Positions 13,501 through 26,802 of a DNA stretch of 64,000 nucleotides are shown piece by piece. Both the position numbers and the translations under genes were made by a program. The DNA comes from Azolla caroliniana (Eukaryota; Plantae; Polypodiophyta), in the NCBI GenBank assembly GCA_043228905.1, contig JBHGNT010000013.1, positions 18,414,001 to 18,478,000 of the forward strand. Direction: 5' to 3'. The notes beneath the pieces were generated by a model, which did not search any database, had not been told where the DNA came from, and was given only the letters and a program-made list of their open reading frames with translations. The stretch's first letter is position 1, and each line of letters begins with the position of its first letter.

Positions 13501-16500
13501 CTGAATAAGCCTGAGCCGGCAAGCGAGACGGATCGGTAAGCTGTGAGCAACCGAGCCGGCAAGCAACAAAGCCGGTGAGCTGGGGAGCCGGTTTACCGGA
13601 TCCAATCAGTAACCAGAAGCCTAGTACTGTAGACTACTAGGCAATTATAGTCTCCAAGTAAGTGTCAGATGCTCGTGTGAGCATTGAAGTACGCGGTACT
13701 TCTGTCAGTCCCACGAGGACTTGTATAAATAATGCTACTAAGCATAGTTGTAAGTACAGAGTGTTTTATATATTTTTGAATATAGCTTTGAGGTTCTGCT
13801 CTCTCTGTCTCTCCCGGGTACTCTGTGTATTCCCTAATTTCTCTGTTTTTCTAACGCTTCCGCAAGTAATCGTTTACATATGGGTTAATAAGTACCTAAT
13901 CATGTGATTAGTTTATCAACGGAAGATTAAGTGATATGTGTGTGTATGTGTGTGAGAGGAAGAGAGAGAGAGAGAGAGAGGAAGTTAACCCTTATGAACA
14001 ACACAAGATGGGGGATGATTAACTCTATATTAAATTAGCATTATCATCATCAAGTTACAAAAATACCCACAATGAGGTATATATACATCTCATGTGCAAA
14101 GGTGCACATGTGTGAGTAGAATATAGGTACTAAGGTGTAAGTCCTAATTAAATGTACTTAGGAGAGGAGGATCTAGAATATCCCACTTAAGTACAAGGTC
14201 CTATTTAAGGCATTATAGTCAACACTCCTAACTAGATTCTATGTAGGTAACCACGAAGGTACATGGTTGACTAAATAACTAAACTAAGTTGAGCTTGATC
14301 TCTCAACACGCCCCCTCAAGCTCAAGTGTGAGGCGTCTGACATCCACTTTGGCTTTCATCGGCTTCGTGTGCTTCCGTCCGGCCTCCAGCTTTCTTCGTC
14401 GTGGCATTCTCAGTTCCTCCCCCTCAAGCCGATGACGAAGGCTTGTAGTGTGTGGGCGAATGTTGACTACTTCCACCCATCATGGGTTACGAGCCACTTC
14501 GATGGAGCTCTTGGGCTCTTTTTCGGCCGCTACCTCCATCACGAAGGCATAGTGACGGGCCATGTACTTGTTGTAGTCGAGTTGAGTGATGGGATTCTTC
14601 TCTCTAGAAGAGCGTCGAAGTTTTTCGCTTGCCAATGTGAGCGCCTTCTTTACTCCAGGTGTCCGCATGATGGGTACACCAAACTCACTGTCTAGTGAGG
14701 GAGCCGACACATCCAAATCACTATCGTTGGGGTGGTTGACTTCATATTCGGGCATCTTACCTTTGCCTTTGTCCAAGGTCGTACTTGGTCGTGACGTGCT
14801 TGGGTTGCGTGGGGGCTCTTGTGGCCCACTAAGCCTTGTTGTAATCAGACTTTCTTCGAACATGTGTTCGAAGCGATCTCCATCTTCTACCTCTCGTTCG
14901 GCAGATTCCGGGTCAAGCGGAATCGGAGTCGAAGTTGTCTTTGTGCATACCAAGATGCGAACTCGTCGAAGACTACGTCTTGACTTACCCGAACCGCTCA
15001 GGTAGAAGGGTTGTAGCACTTGTATGCCTTCTTCTCGGACGAGTATCCTATGAGGATACATTCCTCCGACTTCGCATCGAGCTTCTGTCGTTGTTCGTTC
15101 GGGATGCGTACATTCGCAATGCTTCCGAACACTTTGAGGTGCGACAAGATCGGCCTCCTTCTGACGAGGAGCTCATATGGAGTTAGGTCATGCATTCCAT
15201 TAGTGGTGCACCGGTTCATAAGATAGACGGTTGTGGATTCCGCTTTGACCCAATAGAAGTTCGACATGTGCTTCTCATGCATCATGGCGCGTGCTACCTC
15301 AAGTATTTGCCGATTTTTCCTTTCGGCTACTCCATTTTGTTGGGGTGTGTTTCGGCATGAGAATTCTCTCCGAATGCCTTCACTTTGGAGGTTGGAGGTG
15401 AATTTATCAGAGAAGTACTCCTTTCCTCCGTTCGATTGTAGACATCGAATGTGCCGACCGGTTTGTGTTTCGACTTGGCCCTTAAGCTTTTGGAAGTGGG
15501 AGAACACTTCGCTCGCGTAGTGCGAGTAGTCGTCGATGAAGGTGACGTAGAATCCTCATCCGCCGATCATCGGCGTTTCAGCCGGTCCCCATACATCCGA
15601 ATGTATGATGTCGGGGAGGCCTTTGCTCGCGTAGCTCTCCTTTAGGAATGGGAGTCGAGGTTGTTTGCCGAGTTGGCATGATTCGCATACTCGATCGACT
15701 CGAATACCGGAAGTCTGATGACGACTCCATTTGATTACATTGCTCGAAGCCGTTGAAGGTTTATGTGACCGATTCTTTTGTGCCACAACTTGATGTTTGT
15801 CTCGGTTTTGAAACGATTTCACCTCCTTCGAATCGAGGATGAACATTCGACCGTCTCTCCATCCCCTGGCTATGAGTCAGCCATCTTTCTCGATGAAACA
15901 ACCTTCGTTGTTGAAGCGGACTTGCATGCCTTGCTCCACTATTTGGCCAACCGAGACCAAATTCTTCGTTATTGTGGGCACGTGCAAGACATTCTTGATG
16001 CAAGTTTGTTCGCCTTCTTTCTTGAATGGGACATTGCCGATGTGCCGAATGGGATGTGTAGTATCGTCTCCCGTCTCTATGAAGCCGGGTCAGTCCGCCG
16101 TTCGTAAGTCACGAAACCACTCTTGGTGTGACGTCCTATGATGTGAGGTGTCGGAATCGACGAACCACACATCTTCCGAATTGGAGGTGCTTGCAGAGTC
16201 GGAGGCCGACATAGAGTTCGCTCTATGCCTCATTACGAATAGTCCGTCGTAGTTGTCGTATTCGGAGTTGGTGGCGTAATTCGTGAGTTGTCGACTTGTC
16301 GAAGCCGATTCACTTCTTCTTTTTCGGCACTCCTCCTCGCGGTGGCCGATTTTTCTCAATAGTTGCAAGTCGCGGGCCTCATTTGCCAACCTTGTTCGGC
16401 ATGGAAGCTCCCCCTTCTTCCGAAGGTTCTTGATGGCTACCGTCTTGTTGTCGAAGGTTTGAGTTCCCTTCGTGTGATGGGTCGAATTGGCCTCTTCTAC

Positions 16501-18641
16501 CACCGTGACCTCCTCCGTCGTGACCTCGTCCTCGGCCACATTCCGAACTTGAGAAGAACATTTGTCCTTCCGACGTCTTCGTCTTGGTTCGGACGTGGTT
16601 CTCTTCGACCAATAACATTGATTGGAGGTCGAAGAACGAAGGAGGGTTTTCTCTCACCAAGATTATCGTCCGTAATGGATCGAATCGTTGTGTGAGGCCG
16701 CCCAAGCATACTTGAAGCATCTCGTCTTCATCGACATTTATGTTGATGGAGGCAAGCGAGTCGCAAATGCTCTTCATCTTGGTGGTGTAGTCTGACATAG
16801 ACATATCTTTTTGCCGAATGTTGTTCAACTCTTGTCAAAGCTAAAGCTTTCGGGCAGTCGTGTTGGCGATGAAAATTTTCTTTAAGTTCACCCACGCTTC
16901 TTTAGGTGTCTTGGTGTCTCGAATGTGGCTAAGCATGTGGTAGTGGACACATGTTGCCAAGAAATACATGACGCGACTCGACGCTTGCTCACATGTTGCG
17001 TAGTCGGCGTTCTTTGAGTCGGGTCGATTTTCTTGTGCGCCATTGATGTAGCTCCAATACCCTTGGCTGACAAGCTATTGGGTCATCTTGTACTCCCAAG
17101 ATGAATAATTGATCTGGTCTAGCTTTTCACTAGGGAGCGAGCTACCCATTTGTGTGTTCATTTTGATGTAGTGTCTTCCTTTTTCGATTTCCTTCGCCCA
17201 ATCACTTACTCATGCTACGTAGCGGCACTACAGTAGCGGATAGCCGAAATTTGTCGTCGGCGTTTCGAACACACAATTATGAAGAGGCGGATGGGCTTAG
17301 TGGATGTGCTAAACCACACGCTCTGATACCATGTTAAGATTTAGGTGATTAAGTATGGGTTAATAAGTACCTAATTATGTGATTAGTTGATGAGCGGAAG
17401 ATTTAGTGATATGTGTGTGTGTGAGAGAGAGAGAGAGGAAGTTAACACTTATGAACAACACAAGATGGGGGATGTTTAACTCTATATTAAATTAGCATTA
17501 TCATCATCAAGATACAAAATTATCCACAATGAGGTATATATACATCTCATGTGCAAAGGTGCACATGTGTGAGTAGAATATAGGTACTAAGGTGTAAGTC
17601 CTATATTTAATGTACTTAGGAGTGGAGGATCTAAAATATCCCACTTAAGTACAAGGTCCTATTTAAGGCGTTATAGTCAACAATCCTAACTAGATTCTAT
17701 CTAGGTAACTACAAAGTTACATGGTTGACCAAATAACTAAACTAAGTTGAGCTTGATCTCTCAACACAAAAAAAATACTAGAGCCTCTAAGCGCCCATGT
17801 AAGTGTAGGTCGATATGATTCCTTACAAGGATTAGATAACTCTTTATCATAGAATAATGCTCATGCATGCCAAACTAGTAATGTTCTTGTACAATCTCTT
17901 TCCAATGGAAAAGTGATTGGCTCAATAAGAGCCCTTTCATTGCCCATACAGAATAAGCAAGGTTTAAATGTGAACTTTATCCACACATTCCCGATAAGCT
18001 CTCGTGTAGAAAATAATTGTGACTTTTTAGTCATTAAATGGAATGCCAAAGATGGGTTTGAATTTTTGAATTTTTTTGGAGACATGGTAACTAATAACGA
18101 TGTGGTATCGATATGAGTTCATGTTCTCTTCAAATCTATGTAATCTCTTGTAGGATTTTCGTTTCCATTTTGTGGTTATGATAAAGAATTTAAGAAATTG
18201 GGTTGCAACAGATGTATGGTTTGTTGTTACAAAACAAACACTACACTTTGTGAAACACTTTAACTGTGAGAACTTTGGGAAAGTGTTGTTAAAGGGTCTT
18301 GAGGCAACAATTGTGCATATTTTGCCATTGATCGATGTAATGGGGGCGAGACTAGTGGTTGTTTTCTTAGATTCTCGGACCCTTCCTCATTGTGGTTATA
18401 CCTATATTCATGAGATGGGTTATCGGAAGGCCAAACGTTGGCTAGAGCTCATCATCAATTTAGAATTGTTCGTGAAACATTGGCCAAACATTTGCCTTGT
18501 TTGACAAGTGGAGTGAAAGATGGCATTGAATTGATGCCAGAGCCATTGACAAAAAGTAGGAAAATGGAATTGCAAGAACCTCTCTTACTTTTTTTCTCAC
18601 ACTTTCACTCCATCCCTTATCCCATTTGCACCCGTGTTTCC

Positions 18642-19192
18642 TGTTGTAAAATAAGGCCAACCACAACCGATTCACAAGTATAAATGAGAGAAGACAATAG
18701 CCAAAACAAAACAAAATTAACAGACAAGACACAGACAACGAGACAATATATTTTCATGGAAAAACCATAGGAGCTTACAGACTCCAACCAAAATCACTAT
18801 ATGAAGAGAGTACAAGAAACTCTAAGGCAACGACCTTGAGCTCGACTTCGTCTTACAGACCGCTACAACACTCATATACTCTCCATGCACTTTTTCAACT
18901 ATTTACATACATATGATTACCCACTAATAATCCCCACTTCTTCTCAATTCTCACTTTTTGTCCTAGCTATATTTATACCCATATACATATATGACTATTT
19001 ACAAATATAGCCTCGAGTCGGCTTCAATCGATTGTCGGTCGAGACCGTTATGGCAATCAATCGATTTTCAGTCTTAGCCTATCGGCCTCAACCGAGATTG
19101 CTCTTGACTGATTCGGCTTATCCATCCTTGGTCAATGCTTAGTTGGCTCCTGACGATCCAACTCTTGAATCCATCAAACTTCAAACTCTACA
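18642..19192 (-). mobile_element. Degenerate Copia-type solo LTR
   Basis: TGTTG..CA ends. Shares motifs with the 9939-10518 fragment (TGGAAAA-CC, TCACTAT, TTTACAAATATAGCC). No clear TSD. Confidence 0.45.
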
Positions 19193-20330
19193 TTATTTTC
19201 TTATCATATCCACGACATATTTGAAGGACATCAAAGGCCAAAGGACAAATAACCTTATACATCTTGATTTTTCATTATTCCACAAGAATAATGAATGTCC
19301 ACCATACAAATAAATTTCATCATATATTAGAGCTAGACCATTGACGTATTTGTTATATGCCAATGAACATGATGTGATGTCCAAAAGTAGTGAAAAGCGT
19401 CCTGCATATTTAAAAAATAGATCAGACTCAACAAAAAAGAATTTGATATAACATGATTTAGAAACAATGCAAATCCCACATGTTTTTTTTTTAGATTAAG
19501 TATCCATTAACAAAAAAGATATGACTTGCTTTGGGTACGATGCATCTCCCACTAAAAGACAACTTATTTAGGTTGAGTTCACCAAAAGAGTATGTAGAAG
19601 TTGTAACTATTGACAAATATTTCCAAATTATTCTCTCATTGCCTTATCAATTCATGGTGGATCCCATAGTGCAAACGAGTAATGGTAGATATTGGAAACT
19701 ATAATTACATTCTTAAAATTATGCTTAGAAGTACAAATTAACATGAGAAAATCCACCTTAACATCATTAATCGCTCAAATAAATGTCGAACACAAGTAAT
19801 AAGTATCTAATATGTCAAGTAGCTATGAAATTCTCCAAACATGTAAGATATACCATTAGCGAAATTATTTAAAAAAATTTACAACTTTGAAGATATTACT
19901 CAAGACCTTTCATGTACATCTCAAAAAATTGTCACGACACAGTGACAGACATACAACCTCTCATCTACAAGATATCGTACTCAACAATCTAGATATGAGC
20001 ATGTATTTATATATAATAAGGTATTGTATATTCTAGTATATTGTAAAATGCTCAAGATGTGAAATGCTCTCAAGAATAGCTCCCATTCCATTACGTTCTA
20101 AGTTACATTTTATAGACTACTCTTAGCGTGGAGGGTGTTCTCCCGCTCCAATTAGCTCTTCTAATTATGGGGCTTGGTAGGGGCCTAATTTGGGTGTGGT
20201 CCATGTGGCGGTAGGGGCCTAATTTCGGTGTGGTCCATGTGACCGCCACAGTTCCCCCTTGTAAAAAAAAGCAATTGTGTGGTCGGATTGCGACAGGGCG
20301 TGGACGACGGTTCTAGGTGGGGGGATGACA

Positions 20331-20397
20331 CGGGCGTGGGCGTGGGCGTGGGCGTGGGCGTGGGCGTGGGCATGGGCGTGGGCAGGGGCAGGGGCAA
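20331..20397. repeat. (CGTGGG)n hexamer repeat at the integrase C-terminus of D (Pro-Thr tract)
   Basis: Visible repeat; the minus-strand ORF reads PTPTPTPT. Confidence 0.85.
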
Positions 20398-23300
20398 TGG
20401 TAGCTGATGGAAGGGCTTCATACGAGACTGGTGGGCAAAGGTAGAGCGGTTGTTGGAGGCGCGGCGGAGTAGATATGTAGTGTTGTGTATCTGCTTTTGA
20501 ACTTCGAAGGGACCGATCCATCGGTGCATGAGCGACTCGTTGAGGCCATGACGACAGATGGGGAAATAGACGAAGACTTTGTCTCCGACGTGGTATTGAT
20601 GGTCGGCGCGGCTTGCATCGTGTTGTCGTTTTTGGCGTAGCTGTGCTTGGTGCAGGTTGCTCGTGATGGCTTTGTGGAGGAGGGGTTGGAGTTATTGCAG
20701 GTGGGACCACCAGGACACTGCATCAGAGTGGAGTCGTGTGATTGGTTGCGGGACTGCCACTTCTGGGGGTAAGCGCAGGTCCCTTCCGTAAAGGGCCCGA
20801 AATGGGCTAATGCGAGTGGAGGCTTGCACAGTTGTGTTGTAGGCATGTGTAACGAAGGGCAAGATCTGGTCCCAGGTTGAGTGCAGCGGATCGATGTAGG
20901 CCGAGATTTGTTGTTTTAAGGTTCGATTGAGGCGCTCCGTCAATCCATTCGTCTGCGGATGGTAGGGTGACGTGAATAATTGTTGGATTCCTAATTGTGT
21001 AGAAACTAGGCGTAGGAGCTCGCTGTTGAACTGGGGTCCTCGATCGGACAAGATTTGGAGTGGGCAACCATGGGGGAAGATGATTTTCTCCAATAGTTTG
21101 GAGGCGATGGTCATAGCCTTGACATCTGGGATAGAGGCCGTCTCAGCCCAACACGTCAAGTACTCGGTTATGACGAGGATGAATTTGTTCCCTTCTTGTG
21201 ACTCGGAAAAGGGGCCCATAATGTTCCATCCGACAATTTCAAATGGAGCTTGAACTTGTATCGGATGTAAGAGGCCTTGAGCCACTTGAGGTGATTTGAT
21301 GGCCTGACATAAGTTGCATGCTTTGATGTAGGAGGCGACCTCGTGGCGTAGCCCCGGCCAATAGAATTTGCAACGGATTTTGTCTAGCACCTTAAGAAAA
21401 CCCAAGTGGCCGGACAACAGGTGATCGTGGAAGAAACGAAGGTAAGATAGGCGCAGTTGCTCAAGCACGTAGACCCGGGGTTCCTTGACTACTTGGCAAA
21501 AAAGCAGGACATTATCCTAGATCATGAATTGCTTGGTGAGGGATGATGTGGGCTCAGCTCGTAGGCGGTGGCAGATGTCTTGGATTTTTTTGTCATGTTG
21601 TTGCATGTTGGCTATTTGGGACGAGGATATGGGGAAATTGATTGTGGCAGAGGCGATATGGTTCACTTGAAAGGATATGCAGGATAATCCATCGGCGACG
21701 ATGTTCTGGGGACCACGGCAATAGCACAACGTGAATGTGTAATCCTGTAGCGCCAAAGCCCAACGGAGTAAGCGACCGGGTGGATGAGCCTTCTTTATGA
21801 GGGAGAGCAATGGCTTATGGTCGGTTTCGACTGATGTATTTGATCCGTGTAGGTATGGGTGGAAACGATGGAATGCCCAGACGATGGCGAGCAACTCTTT
21901 TTCGGTTGTCGAGTAATTTTGTTCGGCTTTGGTAAGTGACCGACTTATGTAGGCAATCGGGCGTAGTTGGTCGTTGTCGTCGGATTGGAGGAGGACCGCA
22001 CCAAGGCCGACATTGGAGGCATCCGTCTGCAGATGGAAAGGCTTCGTGAAATCAGGGTGGGCGAGGAGGTCAAAGGCTTGGAGTGTTCGCTTGAGCTGCA
22101 GGAAACTAGATTCGGTCCATAGGAAGGGTGTGTCTTTTTGCAGGAGCGCGCGTAGTGGGGTTGACATGTCGGCTAGCCATGGGATGAAGCGAATAGAGAA
22201 CGTGAGGAGGCCGAGGAAGCGTTGAAGCTGCTTGACCGTGGTGGGGCATGGGAATTTTTGGACTGCTTCTGTCTTCTCTGGGTCCATCTGTACTCCGTCG
22301 AAGGAGATGACATACCCGAGGAAGCGGAGGCACGTACTACCCCATCGACACTTCTTCCATTGCAGCTGCAATCGATAGCGTTGAACACAAGTGAGGACCT
22401 CCCGAAGGACTTGAAGGTGTTCCACCCAAGTGCTTGTATGCATCAGAATATCGTCTAGATAGACGATGACGACGCGGCGAGTGATGAGATCATCGAAGAT
22501 GGCGTTAGCCATTCGCTGGAATGTGCTCCCAGCATTGGATAGGCCGAAGGGCATCCGTGTGAACTGGAAAATGCCTTTCCTAGTGCAAAATGCAGTTTTG
22601 TGGGCATCTTTAGGATTCATAGGGATCTGCCAATATCCCGAGGCCAAATCGAGGGAGGTGAAGTACTTTGATTTGCTGAGCTAGTCAAGGAGGTCATCGA
22701 TACAAGGGAGAGGATATCAGTCATGGGTGGTGACATGGTTTAATTGTCGGAAGTCGACACAAAAACAGTAAGGGCCATCCCCTTTCTTTACCATGTGTGC
22801 CTCCGAGATCCACTCGCTCTTGGAAGGTGTGATAATCCCTTGTTGTAGCATAGTTTTTACAGCGTTGTCGATGCGCTCGTGGTCGAGAGGTGAGCGACGT
22901 CGAGGAGCTGTGTGGATGGGGCGGGCGTTGCTTGTAGGAATCGTGTGGTGGATCGGAAAACGGACCGAGGGAGGTTTTGCAGGTGGTGTAGACAACGAAG
23001 GAAAGGTGGCTAGGAGTTGTCAGATGTCGTGGATGCGCTCTGTCGGTGATACCATGTATTGTGTGTTGCTAATGTGGGTAGCATCTCGCGGAGTAGTGAA
23101 GAGCGCGATCGGAAGGTGATTGGGGAGGAGGAGCTGTTGTGAGGATAAAAAGAGAAAGGCTCGATTATGGAGGAACCAATCACAGCCCAGAGTGATTGGG
23201 AACAACTGGCGCGGGAGGACGTAGAAACGATGTTGGATTTGGGCGGAATTGATGGTGAGCATGCACATGACTTGCGTACATGTGAGAGGTACACCCGTTG

Positions 23301-23436
23301 TTGGTCGCCAAAGAGGATTTTAATGGGCGGTGCGTGGCTCGTGGGAAGTTGTAATTGGGTGACTAAATTTGCGTTGATGGAAGAGATGCTGCTACCGGAG
23401 TCGAGGAGAACTTCTTGGGTCGTGTGTTGGAGGCGG

Positions 23437-23615
23437 GCGATTGTGGTACAAACGGGCGAAGTTGATGACGTGGAGGCGTGGACATGCGGGGTCAGCTCGA
23501 TCGTGGTATAAACAGGAGAAGTTGATGACGTGGAGGCGTGGACATACGGGGGCGGCTCGATCGTGGGAGAAACGGGAGAAGTTGATGACGTGGAGGCGTG
23601 GACTTGCGGGGGCGG
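23437..23615. repeat. Three 60-bp tandem repeats in the gag-protease linker of D
   Basis: GTTGATGACGTGGAGGCGTGGAC recurs at 23461, 23521 and 23581; encodes VHASTSSTSPV three times. Confidence 0.9.
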
Positions 23616-24924
23616 CTCTCCCTGCGGCACCCCACGCATTAGTTTTCTGGGAGCTCAGAGAGGGAGGCAGCGTCGGCTAATTGGACGTTCTGCTTCTGTT
23701 GGTGATTTTGCCACTTTCGGCAGTGACGCCGAATGTGGCCATAGTTGTTGCAGTAGAAACATTTGGGGCGTCCCTGGCTATGTCATTCAGGAAATGCACG
23801 CTTAGCGCGTAATTGCGCGTTTTGGACGTTGATGTCCATGGGAGTGGCGGCTGGCATAGTGTTTGTATGATCATGACTGAGATTACCTGGTGTGTGCATG
23901 TCGTGCGCGTCTGCAGCTTCGATGCGTTGGGCGGTGAGGATGGCTTCGTGTAGTCTCGTCGGGCCTTGATCGCGTACACGGCGGCAGAGGTCATGTCGGA
24001 TACGCGGCCAGAAGAAAAACAACTTCATGTCTTCCAACATGTTGGCGTCAGCTCGGCGTAGGATCTGCACAAACCGAACCACGAACTGGGTGATGGGTTT
24101 GCGTGGCTGTTGGGCAATTGACTCAAGTTGTTGTAGGGCCGTCTAGCGGGAGTCTTGATGAGCAAAATTCCGAATCATGGCTGCCCACAACAGATCCCAG
24201 TCGTTGCGTGTCTCTTCGGGTTGTTGTACGAGCCATGTTGCTGCGATATTCTCGAGGAGTGTCTTCATTTCCATTGCCTTCCGGGGGTGTGGCCACTGGT
24301 GGTAACTGGCCACCATTTCGAAATGATCCAGCCAAGAGAGGATGTCTTCCGATGGTAGGCCGGAGAATGGTTTTGGGCGAACTCAAGGGTCCAGGAGATT
24401 CTGTTGTGGCTCGGATCGTGCTGAAAGAAATGACAACATGGCTTGGTTAGTATGGTTAACTTGTAAAATAATGTTGGACAAGGCTTGAACCAGTTGGTCA
24501 ATTGGCGATGTGAGTTGATGGTCTTGAATTTGTTGTTGGAGGAATTCCCGATTCATAGAGTTTGCGTTGCCGCCGTTGTTGTCGTGTTGCATCGTGGCGT
24601 GTGTTGTTGGGGTCGTGAGTTGGGGTTGCTTTGCCCGTCTTCTCCACCAAGATGTGAAATGCTCTCAAGAATAGCTCCCATTCCATTACATTCTAAGTTA
24701 CATTTTATAGACTACTCTTAGCGTGGAGGGTGTTCTCCCGCTCCAATTAGCTCTTCTAATTATGGGGCTTGGTAGGGGCCTAATTTGGGTGGCCTAATTT
24801 GGGTGTGGTCCATGTGACCGCCACAATATATATAATCCAGAATATTCCGTGACAAAAACTGCATAATACAATACCTTCACACTCTGCTTTAGCATGAAAC
24901 ATGAACTTTTTCGAAGTTATGTTT

Positions 24925-25732
24925 TCTTCTTCTTCTTCTTTTTATGAAGATCCACCTTGGTATTAATGGAAAGATGCCCAAAGGCTACAACGGATTCATA
25001 CAATATATTATAACCCTCATATCCACATCAACCGGCATGTCAAGTATCAAAAGCCCTCATGTAGGGTTGTTCCAAGACGAGGAGCGGAAAAAGGCATCTT
25101 GGTGGAGCATATCTCCACTTTATTCTCTCTCCAGAAGAGGTGAAGACCTCTGCCTTTTTCCAAATTTCTCGAAACTGTTGTTATTTACGAATCACAACCT
25201 CAGGCTCACCAGTTATTGCTTCATATTGACCTCTTAGAGTATGTAAGAGCATTAACCATATTTCCTTGACTAACTCAACCGCATTCTATTTTACTTTCTG
25301 AAATAAACATTTACATATAGCCTTCCACAATACCCAAACTATTAAAGAAGATATCATAGACCAAACCTTGTCCTCTTCCAAACAACGGACTATTGTAGTA
25401 TAAGAGGCCTCCAATACATGTCTTCCATTGGAGAGGAGAAGAAAATCAACATCCTCCTTTTCATAGTTCTGAATTTCTTTAGCCAATCTTCCCCATATGT
25501 ACACTTGCTTACCATAAATAGGATACAACATTCTCAACATTCTTTTCCAAACTACTCTAGCAATAGGACATATCCATAAAACATGGTAAACCAATTCAAC
25601 GAGAAAACCACAACTATCACATTTTAAATCATGGCAATGCCCCCCATCTACGTCTTCACAAGAATGCCATAATGTGTCAACAACCATCTCGAAGTTATGT
25701 TTTCTTACATGAATGGAAATCAAACAAAGCAT
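24925..25732 (-). mobile_element. L1-type LINE 3' fragment (zf-RVT-like domain plus tail)
   Basis: ORF 25732-25286 has CDSCG...HVLWICPIARVVW and IVWVLWK. A T-rich tail lies at ~24925-24943 on +. Its 3' end is homologous to 28089-28296. Confidence 0.75.
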
Positions 25733-26802
25733 TGATTGTTAGCTTAAAAATCCTCGTCATGCTTTATTGTCTACCCATTATCTATTCAATGAATGAGTTC
25801 CTAATATATTCATCAATCGCGAGTTGTTGAGAGTCAATAGCATAACACTACAACAACGTTGCCAACCACACTAGGTTGTTAATAATAATTGACAATAGTT
25901 TGCTTATGTTCACGAGTCTTAAACTCAAACCATTTGAATTTTTTGAAACTGAAACTGAAACATGTAACATTTAAACCAACCTCCTTTGAGAGAGTTTCAA
26001 GTTGTTCATAATATCCACAACCCATTATGTCATTAAGCCACAATTTCACAATTTGATTGTGGCTCGAACCCTGGGCACTCTTAAGTCAAATTTCAATGTC
26101 TAAAAAGAACAAAAATCTAAAAGATACGGTTCATTGTTAAAAAATCATAATACATATTACATAATCTATGAAGTTCTAAAATCATTAATCTATTAAGTTA
26201 TAGTTTGAAGCTATATAACTCAAACCTTTAAGTCTATAAAAGCTCAAAGTGAACACTTGAACACCCAAGCCAAACCGAATCATTTACAAATTTAAAACTT
26301 GAACCATGCTATTTAAATTGTAAACTATGGGTTTAGGATTCAATTACTAATTCCTAGTTCTTGGAGTTGGACTTAATGATGAATTGCTATTTTTTACACA
26401 AAGTGTATTAATTTTGAAAGTTTCTTGGAATGGTGAACATAAACCTATCTACATATAGAGACCCCACGACTATTGTTTTCACAATAGGTTCGTACAAGAT
26501 AATGTTGCTTTTCAAGAGCGATTATTTGCTTGGTTTTAACTTATTGGCAACGATATTCTGAAAATCAATTGATTTGACACTATAGGTTGACGTACTCATT
26601 TCTTTCTATCCATTCAATTTTATTCTCGACGGAATAATTATTGCCAGTTGATTGACAAGATGTAGCAAACAAGAGACGTTTGCAAACTGGGATATAGGAC
26701 ATTATTATTGGTGAGGTAATGATAAGTTCAAAGTGCCAACGTGAGTGCAGAACTTGCAATGAACAATGATCTTTCCACATGATATACCCTTGGTTTTAAT
26801 AT

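Larger units (their letters stand above)
2458..13878 (+). mobile_element. Ty1/Copia LTR retrotransposon A, inserted in the 3' LTR of C
   Basis: LTRs 2458-2860 and 13467-13878 (TG..CA). TSD TATGG at 2453-2457 and 13879-13883. PBS TGGTATCAAAGC at 2861-2872; PPT GAGGGGGAG before 13467. Confidence 0.95.
2424..17766 (-). mobile_element. Ty1/Copia LTR retrotransposon C, degenerate, lacking RT/RNase H; outermost element of nest 1
   Basis: 5' LTR 17332-17766. 3' LTR is split into 2424-2457 and 13884-14308 by element A. tRNA-iMet PBS at 17320-17331 (TGGTATCAGAGC on minus); PPT next to 14309. TSD CAAAG/CAAAA. Gag, protease (WFVDS) and integrase (HSDVWGP, TPQQNGVAERKN) fragments carry stops and frameshifts. 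Confidence 0.88.
20042..24825 (-). mobile_element. Ty3/Gypsy LTR retrotransposon D without chromodomain, degenerate
   Basis: LTRs 24653-24825 and 20042/20058-20250. PBS TGGTGGAGAAGACGGGC at 24633-24649 (tRNA-Ala-like); PPT AAGGGGGAAC. 4-bp TSD ATAT. Domain order gag, PR (LLDSGS), RT (MPFGL, YLDDI), RH (TDAS), IN (HDHLLSGH, YHPQTNG, GPF). Confidence 0.9.
19930..24854. mobile_element. Short (~140 bp) solo LTR split by Gypsy D (19930-20041 plus 24826-24854)
   Basis: Inverted termini TGTCACG..CGTGACA; flanks AAAAT/AAAAC give a near-perfect 5-bp TSD. Confidence 0.55.
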
